Program-made: the position numbers and the translations under genes
Source of the DNA: a bacterium
Lineage (GTDB): Bacteria > Armatimonadota > Zipacnadia > Zipacnadales > UBA11051
Length of the DNA stretch: 64,000 nt
NCBI GenBank assembly: GCA_030604405.1
Contig: JAUVVY010000024.1
Span: 301 to 64,300 of the forward strand
Direction: 5' to 3'
Notes under the pieces: generated by a model
What the model saw: only the letters and a program-made list of their open reading frames with translations
Databases searched by the model: none
Told to the model about the DNA's origin: nothing
In this document: positions 1 through 8,817 of the stretch, in pieces
How the letters are laid out: each line of letters starts with the position of its first letter
Numbering within the stretch: position 1 is the stretch's first letter

Positions 1-903
1 GAAGAGCCCGACCGGGCGCCGCATTTTGAGGCCATGTTCGAGCTGGAAAAGCAGGCGTTCGGCCTGGAGTTTCCCGACCGTACGCTGTGGGAGCACGTGA
101 GCGGTCCCGAGAAGGCGCGGATGGTCGCGACGTGCATGGAGATATACGAGCGCATTGTCGAGCGTTACGCATGGGACGCACTGGTGGTGTGCTGGCCATG
201 GGCCGACCCCGACGGGGTCTTGGCTGCGCGGCGTACTTTCGGGGATGAGTTGCTGATCGGCGGCATCGTCGGCGGCGGCGTGTGGGCGATTGAGGTCATC
301 GCGGACTGGACACAGTTTGCCGTGGACCTCTACCAGAACCGGGCAAAGCTCCACGAAGAGGCAGAGGCGATGTGCGGGCGGGCGATCGATCAGGTTGACC
401 GGCTGGTGGATGCCGGCGCCGAGTTCATCTTCCTCGTCCATGACATCGCGTTCAACGCCGGCCCGTTCATATCACCCCAGCACTGCGCCGAACTGGTGAC
501 TCCGTACTTGACGCGGCTGGTGCAACGCGTGAAACAGCACGGTGCCGTCGCGATAGTGCACAGCGACGGGCAATTGATGCCGATACTTGATCAGATAGTG
601 TCCACCGGCGCGGATGCGTTACAGTCCATTGATCCGATGGCGGGGATGGACATCGCACGCGTGAAGCGTCAGACATACGGGAAACTGGCGCTGATGGGCA
701 ACGTGCAGTGCAATTTGCTGCAGGACGGCCCGCGAGAGGCGATCCGCGCGTCGGCGCTGTACTGTCTGGAGAATGCCGCACCCGGCGGGGGCTATATCTT
801 CTCGACATCGAACACGGTGTTCCAGGGGATGCCGCTGGAGAATTACGAGTACATGCTTGAGGTGTTCGCGGAGTACAACGGGCGCAGCCGCCCATGCCAG
901 TGA
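1..903 (+). CDS. Uroporphyrinogen decarboxylase (UroD/MtaA-like) family protein, 5' end outside window
   Basis: Frame is open from base 1 (EEPDRAPHFEAMFELE). C-terminal family motifs HSDG, DIARVKRQTYGKLALMGNV, GGGYIFSTSN. Confidence 0.8.
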   Translation, partial: EEPDRAPHFEAMFELEKQAFGLEFPDRTLWEHVSGPEKARMVATCMEIYERIVERYAWDALVVCWPWADPDGVLAARRTFGDELLIGGIVGGGVWAIEVIADWTQFAVDLYQNRAKLHEEAEAMCGRAIDQVDRLVDAGAEFIFLVHDIAFNAGPFISPQHCAELVTPYLTRLVQRVKQHGAVAIVHSDGQLMPILDQIVSTGADALQSIDPMAGMDIARVKRQTYGKLALMGNVQCNLLQDGPREAIRASALYCLENAAPGGGYIFSTSNTVFQGMPLENYEYMLEVFAEYNGRSRPCQ

Positions 904-918
904 AGGGAGCCGAGCCGA

Positions 919-1686
919 ATGGATCCACAGCCATTGCGGGAGAAAGTCGCGATTGTGACCGGAGCAGCGCGAGGTATCGGGTACGGAATTGCGCACCGCT
1001 TTGCGGTCGAAGGCGCGGAGGTCGTGATCGCCGACATCAACGCAGAGTTGGGGACCGAGGCGGCCGCACGGATCGCCGATGAGACCGGGCGCAAGACGCT
1101 TGCAATCCGCTGCGATGTGGCCAACCGTGCATCCGTGGACGGGATGATAGCGCAGACGATGGAGCAACTCGGCAGGCTCGACATCATGATGGCTAACGCC
1201 GGGATCTGCCCGTTCGTGGAGTTTCTCGAGCTTGATGTCGCGACCTGGCAGAAGACCATTGATGTGATCCTGACCGGCTCTTTCAACTGCGGGCAGGCGG
1301 CTGCGCGAGTGATGATTGAGCAGGGCTGCGGAGGCAGGATTATCTTCACGACCTCGCTGGCGACGCTTTCGGCGGGCAGCTCGCAGGTGGATTATGCCGC
1401 GGCGAAGTCGGGAGTGAAGATGTTGATGGCAACCATGGCGGGGGCCCTGGGCAAGCACGACATCACGGTGAATGCGGTCGCTCCCGGAATCATCTATACG
1501 CAGATGGGCGCGTTTCACTGGGATGTGTCCGAGCACCGCGAGGCGTTTGCCCAGACCAACCCGATCGGGCGGTTGGGTGAGCCATCTGATATTGCAGCGG
1601 CGGCAACGTTCTTGGCATCGCAAGAGGCAGACTACATCACCGCTGCGACGATACGCGTGGACGGGGGGAGGATGGCGCTAGGATGA
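919..1686 (+). CDS. Short-chain dehydrogenase/reductase (SDR)
   Basis: TGAARGIG, ANAG, YAAAK and VNAVAPG motifs. Confidence 0.95.
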   Translation: MDPQPLREKVAIVTGAARGIGYGIAHRFAVEGAEVVIADINAELGTEAAARIADETGRKTLAIRCDVANRASVDGMIAQTMEQLGRLDIMMANAGICPFVEFLELDVATWQKTIDVILTGSFNCGQAAARVMIEQGCGGRIIFTTSLATLSAGSSQVDYAAAKSGVKMLMATMAGALGKHDITVNAVAPGIIYTQMGAFHWDVSEHREAFAQTNPIGRLGEPSDIAAAATFLASQEADYITAATIRVDGGRMALG

Positions 1687-2729
1687 GCACTCACCAGAAC
1701 CGTTCGGTGTACGTAAAGTCGCCCTGGCAGTTTGAGGTGCACGATAATCCGGTCTCCGAACCGGGGCCCGGGCAACTGCTGGTGCGGATTGCGGCCTGCG
1801 CGGTGTGCGGCACGGACTTCCATGTCGCAGACCGCATGGCGCAGGACTGGCAAGTGTTCGGCCACGAGGTGTCGGGCGTGGTGGAGGCTGTGGGCGAGGG
1901 CGTGACCCGGTTTGCGGCTGGAGACCGGGTGGCGCTGGACAGCTCGGCACCGTGCGGGCAATGTCGGATATGCCTGCCGCGCCCCTACGGCAGGGGCCGG
2001 CCCGAGCTGTGCCGGACGGCGGCGACATACTATGGCTCGGCGACGATGGGCTTCGGCAAGATGCTGTTGACGCCGCAGCAGTGCGCGGTCGCGGTGCCGC
2101 AGGGCATGAAGCTGGATGTGGCGGCGCTGACGGAGCCGCTCGGGGTCTCGAAGGACCTGGTCGAGACGGCGCAGGTTGGGCCGGGCGACCACGTGCTGAT
2201 CATCGGGCCCGGGCCGCTGGGGCTAGGCGCGGCGGCGCTTGCGCGGCATTATGGCGCGGAACGGGTGATCCTGGCCGGGCGCTCGCGGTCGGAGTCGCGG
2301 ATGGCGGCAGGCGAAGCGCTGGGCGCGGATCTGCTGATCCGCGTGGATGAGACGCCGCTTGCTGCCTACGACTTCGGCAGGCGGCGGCCCGACAAGATAC
2401 TGGTGACCGCCCCGCCTCAGGCGCTGGCCGAGGCAATCGCCATTGCGGCGTTCGGAGGCGTGGTGGCCTACATCGGGATTGCCTGGGGACCGGGCGCAAA
2501 AGTGACTTTCGACGCCGACGCATTCCACTTCAACAAGATGTCGCTGCGGGCATCACACGCAAGTCCGGGGACACATGCGGCCGAGACGATTCGACTGCTG
2601 GCGGACATGCCACAGCTTGGCGCTCAACTGATCTCGCACCGTTTCGGGCTGGAGCAGACAGGACCGACGCTGACGGCGCTGCGTGATGAAAAGCGCACGC
2701 TGAAGAAGGCCGTAATGGTCAATGACTAG
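1683..2729 (+). CDS. Zinc-dependent medium-chain (sugar/polyol) dehydrogenase
   Basis: CGTD, GHE, structural Zn CGQCRIC...C and GPGPLG motifs. ATGA overlap with the SDR gene. Confidence 0.92.
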   Translation: MSTHQNRSVYVKSPWQFEVHDNPVSEPGPGQLLVRIAACAVCGTDFHVADRMAQDWQVFGHEVSGVVEAVGEGVTRFAAGDRVALDSSAPCGQCRICLPRPYGRGRPELCRTAATYYGSATMGFGKMLLTPQQCAVAVPQGMKLDVAALTEPLGVSKDLVETAQVGPGDHVLIIGPGPLGLGAAALARHYGAERVILAGRSRSESRMAAGEALGADLLIRVDETPLAAYDFGRRRPDKILVTAPPQALAEAIAIAAFGGVVAYIGIAWGPGAKVTFDADAFHFNKMSLRASHASPGTHAAETIRLLADMPQLGAQLISHRFGLEQTGPTLTALRDEKRTLKKAVMVND

Positions 2730-2752
2730 CGGGCGGCTGTGAATGCTTGGAG

Positions 2753-3066
2753 CGAATAATTCACAAGACGCGTAGCTCGGGCATCCCGTAGGCCCTGCCG
2801 CATGCGCCCTGAGCCTGCCGAAGGGAGCTTGTCGAAGTCCGCAAGGAGACCAGCCCGCCTCCGTTGCCGTTGGCGTTGTCCCCTCTCCCTGCGGGAGAGG
2901 GGCCGGGGGTGAGGGTGCCGTTGCCGTTGTCCTGGCCTTGCGGAGGGGCCGTGCCGAGTTGCGGAATCCAAGATTCCGCAAGGAGACCGGCCCGCCTCCG
3001 TTGCCCTTGTCGTTGCCCCTCTCCCTGCGGGAGAGGGGCCGGGGGTGAGGGCGTTGCCGTTGTCCC
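2753..3066. repeat. Composite palindromic intergenic repeat; about 90-bp direct repeat at 137-bp period (2838 and 2975)
   Basis: TCCGCAAGGAGACC.GCCCGCCTCCGTTGCC...CCCCTCTCCCTGCGGGAGAGGGGCCGGGGGTGAGGG occurs twice. The start CGAATAATTCACAAG is shared with 21921. Confidence 0.9.
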
Positions 3067-3190
3067 AGCCCTCCTCTGCCCCCAGCATACTCACAAAGAA
3101 TTCGCGAAAAATGTCCGCAAGATTTCGCATCTGAACCTGGTAAAACGGCTCGCTCAGAGACACTCTACTAGTGGGGGACACTATTTCCGG

Positions 3191-3297
3191 GTAACTACTC
3201 ACCTAACCCCCTTTTCATTCCCCCTTCCCTGCAGGGAAGGGGGCTAGGGGGTTAGGAGGGCTAGGGGCTTAGGCCAAGCCACAACCTGAGTACTTAC
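3191..3297. mobile_element. MITE/REP-like element with GTAA(C/G)TACTCA inverted ends, copy 1
   Basis: GTAACTACTCACC...CCCCTTCCCT..AGGGAAGGGG...AGGCCAAGCCACAACCTGAGTACTTAC. Related copies at 10778 and 40625. Confidence 0.7.
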
Positions 3298-3493
3298 ATC
3301 ATTTCCGGTGCATTGCGATGAGCCGCTTGCCCCAAACCTATTGGCTTACCCAATAGAAAAAAATTCGCGTTCTATTCTGCAACTTTGCCTGCTGGCAACT
3401 AAAGTACCATTTACTCCCCCCTAGTAACAAAGCCCGTAGTATCACGGTCTCGTGGCGTTGGCGGCGATTTGACCCCCTGGAGCAAAACGCCGA

Positions 3494-3533
3494 TTTAACC
3501 CCCCTCAGCAAGGGCTTGCTCAGGGGGGTCAAA
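3494..3533. terminator. Long hairpin downstream of proB (terminator or REP-like)
   Basis: TTTAACCCCCCTCAGCAAG-GG-CTTGCTCAGGGGGGTCAAA imperfect inverted repeat between convergent genes. Confidence 0.35.
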
Positions 3534-3569
3534 GTTAACTCGCGGGCCTCTGTTAGTGCAACGCCTGGC

Positions 3570-4730
3570 TTACTCTGAGTTCGACTGCTCGGCCAGCACC
3601 ATATTGTCGCGGTGGACGACTTCGTCGTGGCCGATGTGGCCGAGGATTTCCAGGATCTGGCTGGTATGAGCCCCCTGGATCTTTTCAAGTTCGCTGGCTG
3701 AGTAGTTGCTCAGTCCCCTGGCGATCTCCGACTCGTCCGGGCCGATGATGCGCACCAGGCCCCCGGCGGCGAAGTTGCCGCGCACCTGGGTGATGCCGAC
3801 CGGCAGCAGGCTGGAGCCGTCGCGGTCGAGCAGCGCCCGGCGCGCGCCCTCGTCAACGCTGATGGTGCCGGCGGCGCGGACGGCCGTGGCGATCCACAGC
3901 TTGCGCCCCTGCACCGGCTCCCCGGGCACGAAGAATGTCCCCAGCTCTTCGCCGGCGATGATCCGGGTGATGATGTGCTCGGCGCGGCCGCGGGCCATGA
4001 CTACGGCGATCCCGCAGTCGGCCAGCATCTTGGCGGCGGCCAGTTTCGCGATCATCCCGCCGTGCGATTCGGGGCCGCCGGTGCCTTCGGCACAGGCGCT
4101 GAAATCCTGGTCCGGCTCGACGCGGCTGATGAGCTGCGCGTTGGAATCAACTTGCGGATCGGCGGTGAACAGGCCCTCCTGGTCGGACAGATAGATCGCC
4201 AGGCTCGCGCGGGCCGTGGCTGCGACCATCGCCGCCAGCTTGTCGTTCTCCTGGAAGGTGATACCCTCGATGGACACGCTGTCGTTTTCGTTGATGACGG
4301 GGATGACGTGCTTGTCCAGCAGCGTCTCGATGGTGTTGCGCAGGTACAGGTAGCGGCTGCGGTCGGACATATCGTCCTGGGTGAGCAGTATCTGGCCGCA
4401 GACCAGTCCGCGCGCGCGCAGGGCTTCCGACCAGTGCCGCATCAGTGCCGGCTGGCCGACTGCGGCGGTCGCCTGGCGCAGCGGCATGCTGTCCTCGGAG
4501 CTGCTGATGGCCAGGAGCCGGCGGCCCAGGAATATCGCGCCGGAGGTGACGATGATGAATTCGTGGCCGTCCTCGCGCAGGGCGGCGATCTGCTGCCCGA
4601 CGCTGTCGAGGAATCTTGTGTTAAGGCCGGTGGCACCGCCGGTTATCAGCCGCGTGCCGATCTTGACCACGATCCGCTTGCAGCGGCTGAATTGGTCGCG
4701 TTCAATTGCTGGTTCGTTGACCATTTGCAT
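3570..4730 (-). CDS. proB: Glutamate 5-kinase with C-terminal PUA domain
   Basis: VVKIGT, TSGA, PVINEND, GGMIAKL and PUA domain (SLLPVGI...VVHRDNMV). Start moved to ATG 4730. Confidence 0.97.
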   Translation of the reverse strand: MQMVNEPAIERDQFSRCKRIVVKIGTRLITGGATGLNTRFLDSVGQQIAALREDGHEFIIVTSGAIFLGRRLLAISSSEDSMPLRQATAAVGQPALMRHWSEALRARGLVCGQILLTQDDMSDRSRYLYLRNTIETLLDKHVIPVINENDSVSIEGITFQENDKLAAMVAATARASLAIYLSDQEGLFTADPQVDSNAQLISRVEPDQDFSACAEGTGGPESHGGMIAKLAAAKMLADCGIAVVMARGRAEHIITRIIAGEELGTFFVPGEPVQGRKLWIATAVRAAGTISVDEGARRALLDRDGSSLLPVGITQVRGNFAAGGLVRIIGPDESEIARGLSNYSASELEKIQGAHTSQILEILGHIGHDEVVHRDNMVLAEQSNSE

Positions 4731-4765
4731 TTCAGTTACAGCCTCACGACGCCTCGGGGCTCCCG

Positions 4766-4870
4766 CCCGACGCCGTTGTCGTTGAGTCGTTTGGAGGGGC
4801 CGCATGGGTGGCCTGAGCGAAGCGAAGGACGGGCCCCATCCGGCCCAGCCGTTTGCTGTTGTCGTTTAGA
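4766..4870. repeat. GGAGGGGCCG...CCGGCCC scaffold element with CCGTTG-rich flanks
   Basis: About 80 bp nearly identical to 36773-36853 apart from the central hairpin. Confidence 0.8.
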
Positions 4871-5071
4871 CCAGCCCGACACCGACGCCCTACTCCCTCG
4901 CCAGATACTCCCCGCTGCCGAGCCCTCCCCATCGCGTGGGTCGGGCTTTCCAGCCCGACACCGACGCCCTACTCCCTCCACAAATACTCCCCGCTGCCGA
5001 GCCCTCCCCATCGCGTGGGTCGGGCTTTCCAGCCCGACACCGACGCCCTACTCTCTCGCCAGATACTCCCC
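4871..5071. repeat. 79-bp tandem repeat (about 2.5 units) containing a GTGG-hairpin REP and copies of the proA 3' end
   Basis: CCAGCCCGACACCGACGCCCTACTC starts at 4871, 4950 and 5029; the last unit runs into the proA stop codon. Confidence 0.92.
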
Positions 5072-6301
5072 GGTGCTAAGCCATTTGTAGGTCGTCAGCT
5101 CGCGGATGCCGACCGGCCCGCGTGCATGCAGCCGATTCGTCGAGATGCCGATCTCCGCGCCCATTCCGAACTGCCCGCCATCGGTAAACCTCGTCGAGGC
5201 GTTGTGATACAGGCAGGCCGAATCGATCTCCGCCATGAACCGCCGCGCCGCCTCCGCGTCATCCGTGAAGATCGCCTCGGAATGGCTCGACGAGTATTTC
5301 TGGATATTGGCAATCGCCTCGCCTAGAGAGTCTACCACGTCCACGCTGATAATCAAGTCCAGATATTCGGTGTCGAAGTCTTCTTCAGTCGCCGCCACGA
5401 CATTTTCGCACACTTCTCGCACCCGCTCGGTCCCACGCACCTCCACACCGCAGGCCTGCAAATCCGCGACGATGGCCTGCAATGCCTCCATATTATCCGC
5501 ATGTACCCACAGGTTCTCGACCGCGTTGCAGACGCCCGGCCGCTGGACCTTGGCATTGTTCACGCAGGCCACCGTGCCCGGGATGTCGCAGGATGCGTCC
5601 ACGTAGATGTTGCACAGGCCGCGGTCGTGCTTGAGCACCGGCACCGAGGCGTTCTCGACCACCGCACGGATCAGGCCCTGCCCGCCGCGCGGGACGATCA
5701 GGTCCACGTACTCATCCGCCCGGATCATCTCCTGGACGCCCTGGCGGTCGGTGGACTCGATTATCTCCACACACGAGCCCGGCAGGCCGACCTGCTCACA
5801 GGCCTCGGACAGCAGCTTTGCCAGCGCGATGTTGGAGTTGATGGCCTCCTTGCCCCCGCGCAGCAGCACCGCATTGCCCGACTTGATGCACAGGCCGGCG
5901 GCGTCGGCGGTCACATTGGGCCGCGACTCATAGACGATCCCGATGACGCCCAGCGGCACGCTGACCTTCTTGATTTGCAGGCCGTTGGGCCGCACGGTCT
6001 CGGAGAGCACGATCCCGAGCGGGTCATCGAAGGTAGCGACCTGTTCCAGGCCGACGGCCATATCCTCGATGCGCTCATCGGTCAGCAGCAGCCGGTCGAG
6101 CATCGCCGAGGACAGCCCGGCCTCTTGGCCGGCTTTCATATCGGCGTTATTAGCCTCTTTGATCGCCGGCCCAGAGCCGCGTATCTTATTCACCATCGCG
6201 ATCAGCGCGGCATTACGCTTTTCGTCGCTGCTGATCCGGAGAGCGCCTGCGGCCTCTCTGGCCCCCTGCGCCTTCGTCAACACTTCCTGCTTGATGTCCA
6301 T
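5048..6301 (-). CDS. proA: Gamma-glutamyl phosphate reductase
   Basis: VPLGVIGIVYESRPNVT, LLRGGKEA, CNAVE, NASTRFTDGGQFGMGAEIGIST and HARGP motifs. Start moved to ATG 6301. Confidence 0.98.
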   Translation of the reverse strand: MDIKQEVLTKAQGAREAAGALRISSDEKRNAALIAMVNKIRGSGPAIKEANNADMKAGQEAGLSSAMLDRLLLTDERIEDMAVGLEQVATFDDPLGIVLSETVRPNGLQIKKVSVPLGVIGIVYESRPNVTADAAGLCIKSGNAVLLRGGKEAINSNIALAKLLSEACEQVGLPGSCVEIIESTDRQGVQEMIRADEYVDLIVPRGGQGLIRAVVENASVPVLKHDRGLCNIYVDASCDIPGTVACVNNAKVQRPGVCNAVENLWVHADNMEALQAIVADLQACGVEVRGTERVREVCENVVAATEEDFDTEYLDLIISVDVVDSLGEAIANIQKYSSSHSEAIFTDDAEAARRFMAEIDSACLYHNASTRFTDGGQFGMGAEIGISTNRLHARGPVGIRELTTYKWLSTGEYLARE

Positions 6302-6410
6302 ATCTGATTCTCCAGAGAGTTGGGATCTTCGGTAGTATATTTGTGCGTCAGAATACCGAGGTCGCCATGGATGCAATGAGACCTCTGGGCGAAAAGCTTT
6401 GGAGATGGTA

Positions 6411-7028
6411 CTACGAACAAAGCTCTGTGGCAATACGAGCGAGTCTAGTGGCATAGTACTCATAGCGCGTCTCAGGTATGGGACTAATGGTGAACGTAGT
6501 GCGCAGGAAGGCGCATACCTTTCGATCACGTGGCGCCAAGGAATGATGAGCCACGACCTGCCTGTTGAATACGTTCAGCGCATGGCGGCTCTGATGGGCT
6601 ATCGCGTTGCGTATGCATACGCTTTGGTCCAGAAAGGCACGATCATCACCCGACATCGATGAAAAGGGACGGCCCCCCCGAAAAAAGGCTTCGGCCATCT
6701 CGATAGTGCGGTCGAATGGCAACCAGTCCACCCATTTCCGCTGGCCTCTGATCACGTCCCGCGCCACCTGTTTAGACCCCACCTGGATTCTTGGCCTTAT
6801 GTCGGCTCTTGCCCCCACAGCGCCACACAGCAAGCTCACAAATAGCTCTTCGATGAGGGCCTCAAAAGAGGTTATGCAGCGCAGGTAGAGGGCTTCATAT
6901 ATTTGCTCGACGTCCCGACGCGAGAGTTGGCCGTCCTGGTGCAGCGCCTCTTGCTTCCGGCGCAATCGGTCCAGCGCGTCGATGTGCTTAACGTAGTCTT
7001 TCGCCAAGTGCGACGAAGCCTTAGCCAA
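6411..7028 (-). CDS. HEPN-domain protein (putative RNase effector)
   Basis: Helical protein with FEALIEELF and the R-x4-H motif RNAIAH. Likely TTG start at 7028 overlaps the upstream stop, with AGGAG/GGAG upstream. Confidence 0.7.
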   Translation of the reverse strand: MAKASSHLAKDYVKHIDALDRLRRKQEALHQDGQLSRRDVEQIYEALYLRCITSFEALIEELFVSLLCGAVGARADIRPRIQVGSKQVARDVIRGQRKWVDWLPFDRTIEMAEAFFRGGRPFSSMSGDDRAFLDQSVCIRNAIAHQSRHALNVFNRQVVAHHSLAPRDRKVCAFLRTTFTISPIPETRYEYYATRLARIATELCS

Positions 7029-8088
7029 CTCCGCACTCCTTGGCCAGGAATTCGAGTACTGTTCTTCGAGAGGAGACGTGTGTGGTCCTGCGCGCAAGAG
7101 CTTCAGCAACTTCCTGCGAGACGTCTTTGTCGGCAATCCGTGCACTGGCTCGGAGTAGGCCCTGCCTCATTCCTGGGGGCGGCTTTCGGGCGGCCTTTCG
7201 CGTGAGTGGAGAATGCAGGCCAAATGACACGTCGTACACCAGTGCGAAAAGGTCGTAGAAGAGGGGTATCCTCTTCAATGGGAGCTCAGCTAAGTCCTTC
7301 CCCAGTAGGTTGTCTATAGTGTCCATGACTTTGCGGAAACGGCGAGATACTTGGCTTTGGTCCTCGAATTTGTCTTCATGTTTATTGTACAATCTGTTTA
7401 GTGCAGCGCTTTGCTTGCCTACTATTCCGTCATACATTAGCTGGGCGAATTCACTTGTGAGCTCAACCTCCTGCATTCGGGCGATCTGGTTTTCCTTGAA
7501 AACTTGGAAGTTACGCCAGCGCTCAAGCTGCTCATAAGCCAAGGTGTACATGCATTGTTTGAATGCGCCGAAGAAGTTAGCGTTTCGGAGTTCCTGAGGG
7601 TTGAGTTTGACACCTGTCGCGTTCATTCTAGAGAATATCTGGAGTACCTCAGCATCGTCCGTACCCGGCGGGAGTACATGGACACTGAACTGGTAGTCGG
7701 CAATGCGGGTCCGGAACTCCTCCTCCAATTCAGCAAATGGTCGCCCCGCCATATCAGCGTTGTGTTGTTTGCTCACCGTAAACGCGTCCTTGGTTGGGTC
7801 GAAGTCGCATAAGCAATCTGGGTCTATGAATCCGAGCACTGTACGGAGGCGCTGCTGGCCATCCACGACCTCGCGCTTGGGGCGCAGGGACTTGCGGTCG
7901 GTCCTCATGCGGATGAATATGATGGGAATTGGCAAGCCTTTCACGATAGTATCGACTAGGTACGACTTGGCGGAAACGCTCCAGACCGGACGACGCTGGA
8001 AGCTAGGGCTCAGTTGTAGTGTCCCCGACCGCTGCCAGTCGAGAAAGTCCGACACGGTGAAAACAGTGCGCGTAATGTCCGTCAACAT
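7021..8088 (-). CDS. DUF262 (ParB/Srx-like, GmrS-type N-terminal) domain protein
   Basis: FQRRPVW, IVKGLPIPIIF, VVDGQQRL and FSRMN motifs. ATG 8088 with an AGGAG RBS. Confidence 0.88.
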   Translation of the reverse strand: MLTDITRTVFTVSDFLDWQRSGTLQLSPSFQRRPVWSVSAKSYLVDTIVKGLPIPIIFIRMRTDRKSLRPKREVVDGQQRLRTVLGFIDPDCLCDFDPTKDAFTVSKQHNADMAGRPFAELEEEFRTRIADYQFSVHVLPPGTDDAEVLQIFSRMNATGVKLNPQELRNANFFGAFKQCMYTLAYEQLERWRNFQVFKENQIARMQEVELTSEFAQLMYDGIVGKQSAALNRLYNKHEDKFEDQSQVSRRFRKVMDTIDNLLGKDLAELPLKRIPLFYDLFALVYDVSFGLHSPLTRKAARKPPPGMRQGLLRASARIADKDVSQEVAEALARRTTHVSSRRTVLEFLAKECGVG

Positions 8089-8344
8089 GCCATAACTCTC
8101 CTTGTCCTCGTGGTCTTGGTCGCCCCGCCTGGGGCGGGGCAGAAACCTACGGCTTGCCGGCCGCGTTCTTCCAAGGCCCAAGGATGTTACTTGGGCGTCC
8201 TCATGTGAGCCTCAGCTTGACACGACATTCTCTGATGCGATCCTCAATTCCTACGCGTGCGAGGAGTCTATGTGTAACATAGGCCACCGCAGAGTCTCGT
8301 CTGAGGCTGCCACGGGCTCTGGTATGGCTATGTGAAGGCCTGTG

Positions 8345-8587
8345 TTATGCCTCTTTCGGCATCGGCGGCGAGAATCCTGCACGGCAGGCGTCCTCACGCG
8401 GCCACCTCACACCCGTAGAAGCCGCCTCGCGACTGTGCTCCGCGGTCGCACGGGCCGTTGTCACTATGCCCAAACCGTCATTTCCCCCAATCCGGTAAGA
8501 CAGGTCGTAGTCACAATAGTATAAGCCAAAATCAGGATTAAGTGAAAGGGTATCGAGAGGCAGAACAGAGCGCCAGCGTCGCCGCAT
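8345..8587 (-). pseudogene. Degenerate duplicate of the 3' end of the GT2-like gene at 9107-9922
   Basis: 8379-8573 aligns without gaps to 9156-9350; peptide PDFGLYYCDYDLS...AEHSREAASTGVRWP. Confidence 0.8.
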
Positions 8588-8643
8588 CAGCCTTACACAC
8601 TAATCCATGCACGTGCTGAAATCCGGGTACATCAATATTTTAG

Positions 8644-8673
8644 TTGACATTTCTTTCCTGAAGATGCTATGCT
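8644..8673 (+). promoter_or_regulatory. Sigma70-type promoter of the cold-shock gene
   Basis: TTGACA-N18-TATGCT with extended -10 TG. Confidence 0.65.
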
Positions 8674-8817
8674 CAGTTTGCTTTGGTGGTCAAATGCATG
8701 CCAAAGTGATGCGGCAAAAAAGCTAGAGTTGTTGGCTGATAGCTTGATGCAGAGACGCACCCCTTCCCAAGCTAGGCCCGAATGGCTAGCTTATACCAAG
8801 AAGGAGGTGCGCCTCTT

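Noticed and set aside
2553..3247. Short ORFs across intergenic repeats (also 4736-5011, 36546-36997, 45726-46283)
   Set aside because: They are translations of palindromic or tandem repeats, with no RBS or domain evidence.
4871..5071. CRISPR array with 79-bp period
   Set aside because: The would-be spacers are near-identical to each other and to the proA 3' end; this is a tandem duplication.
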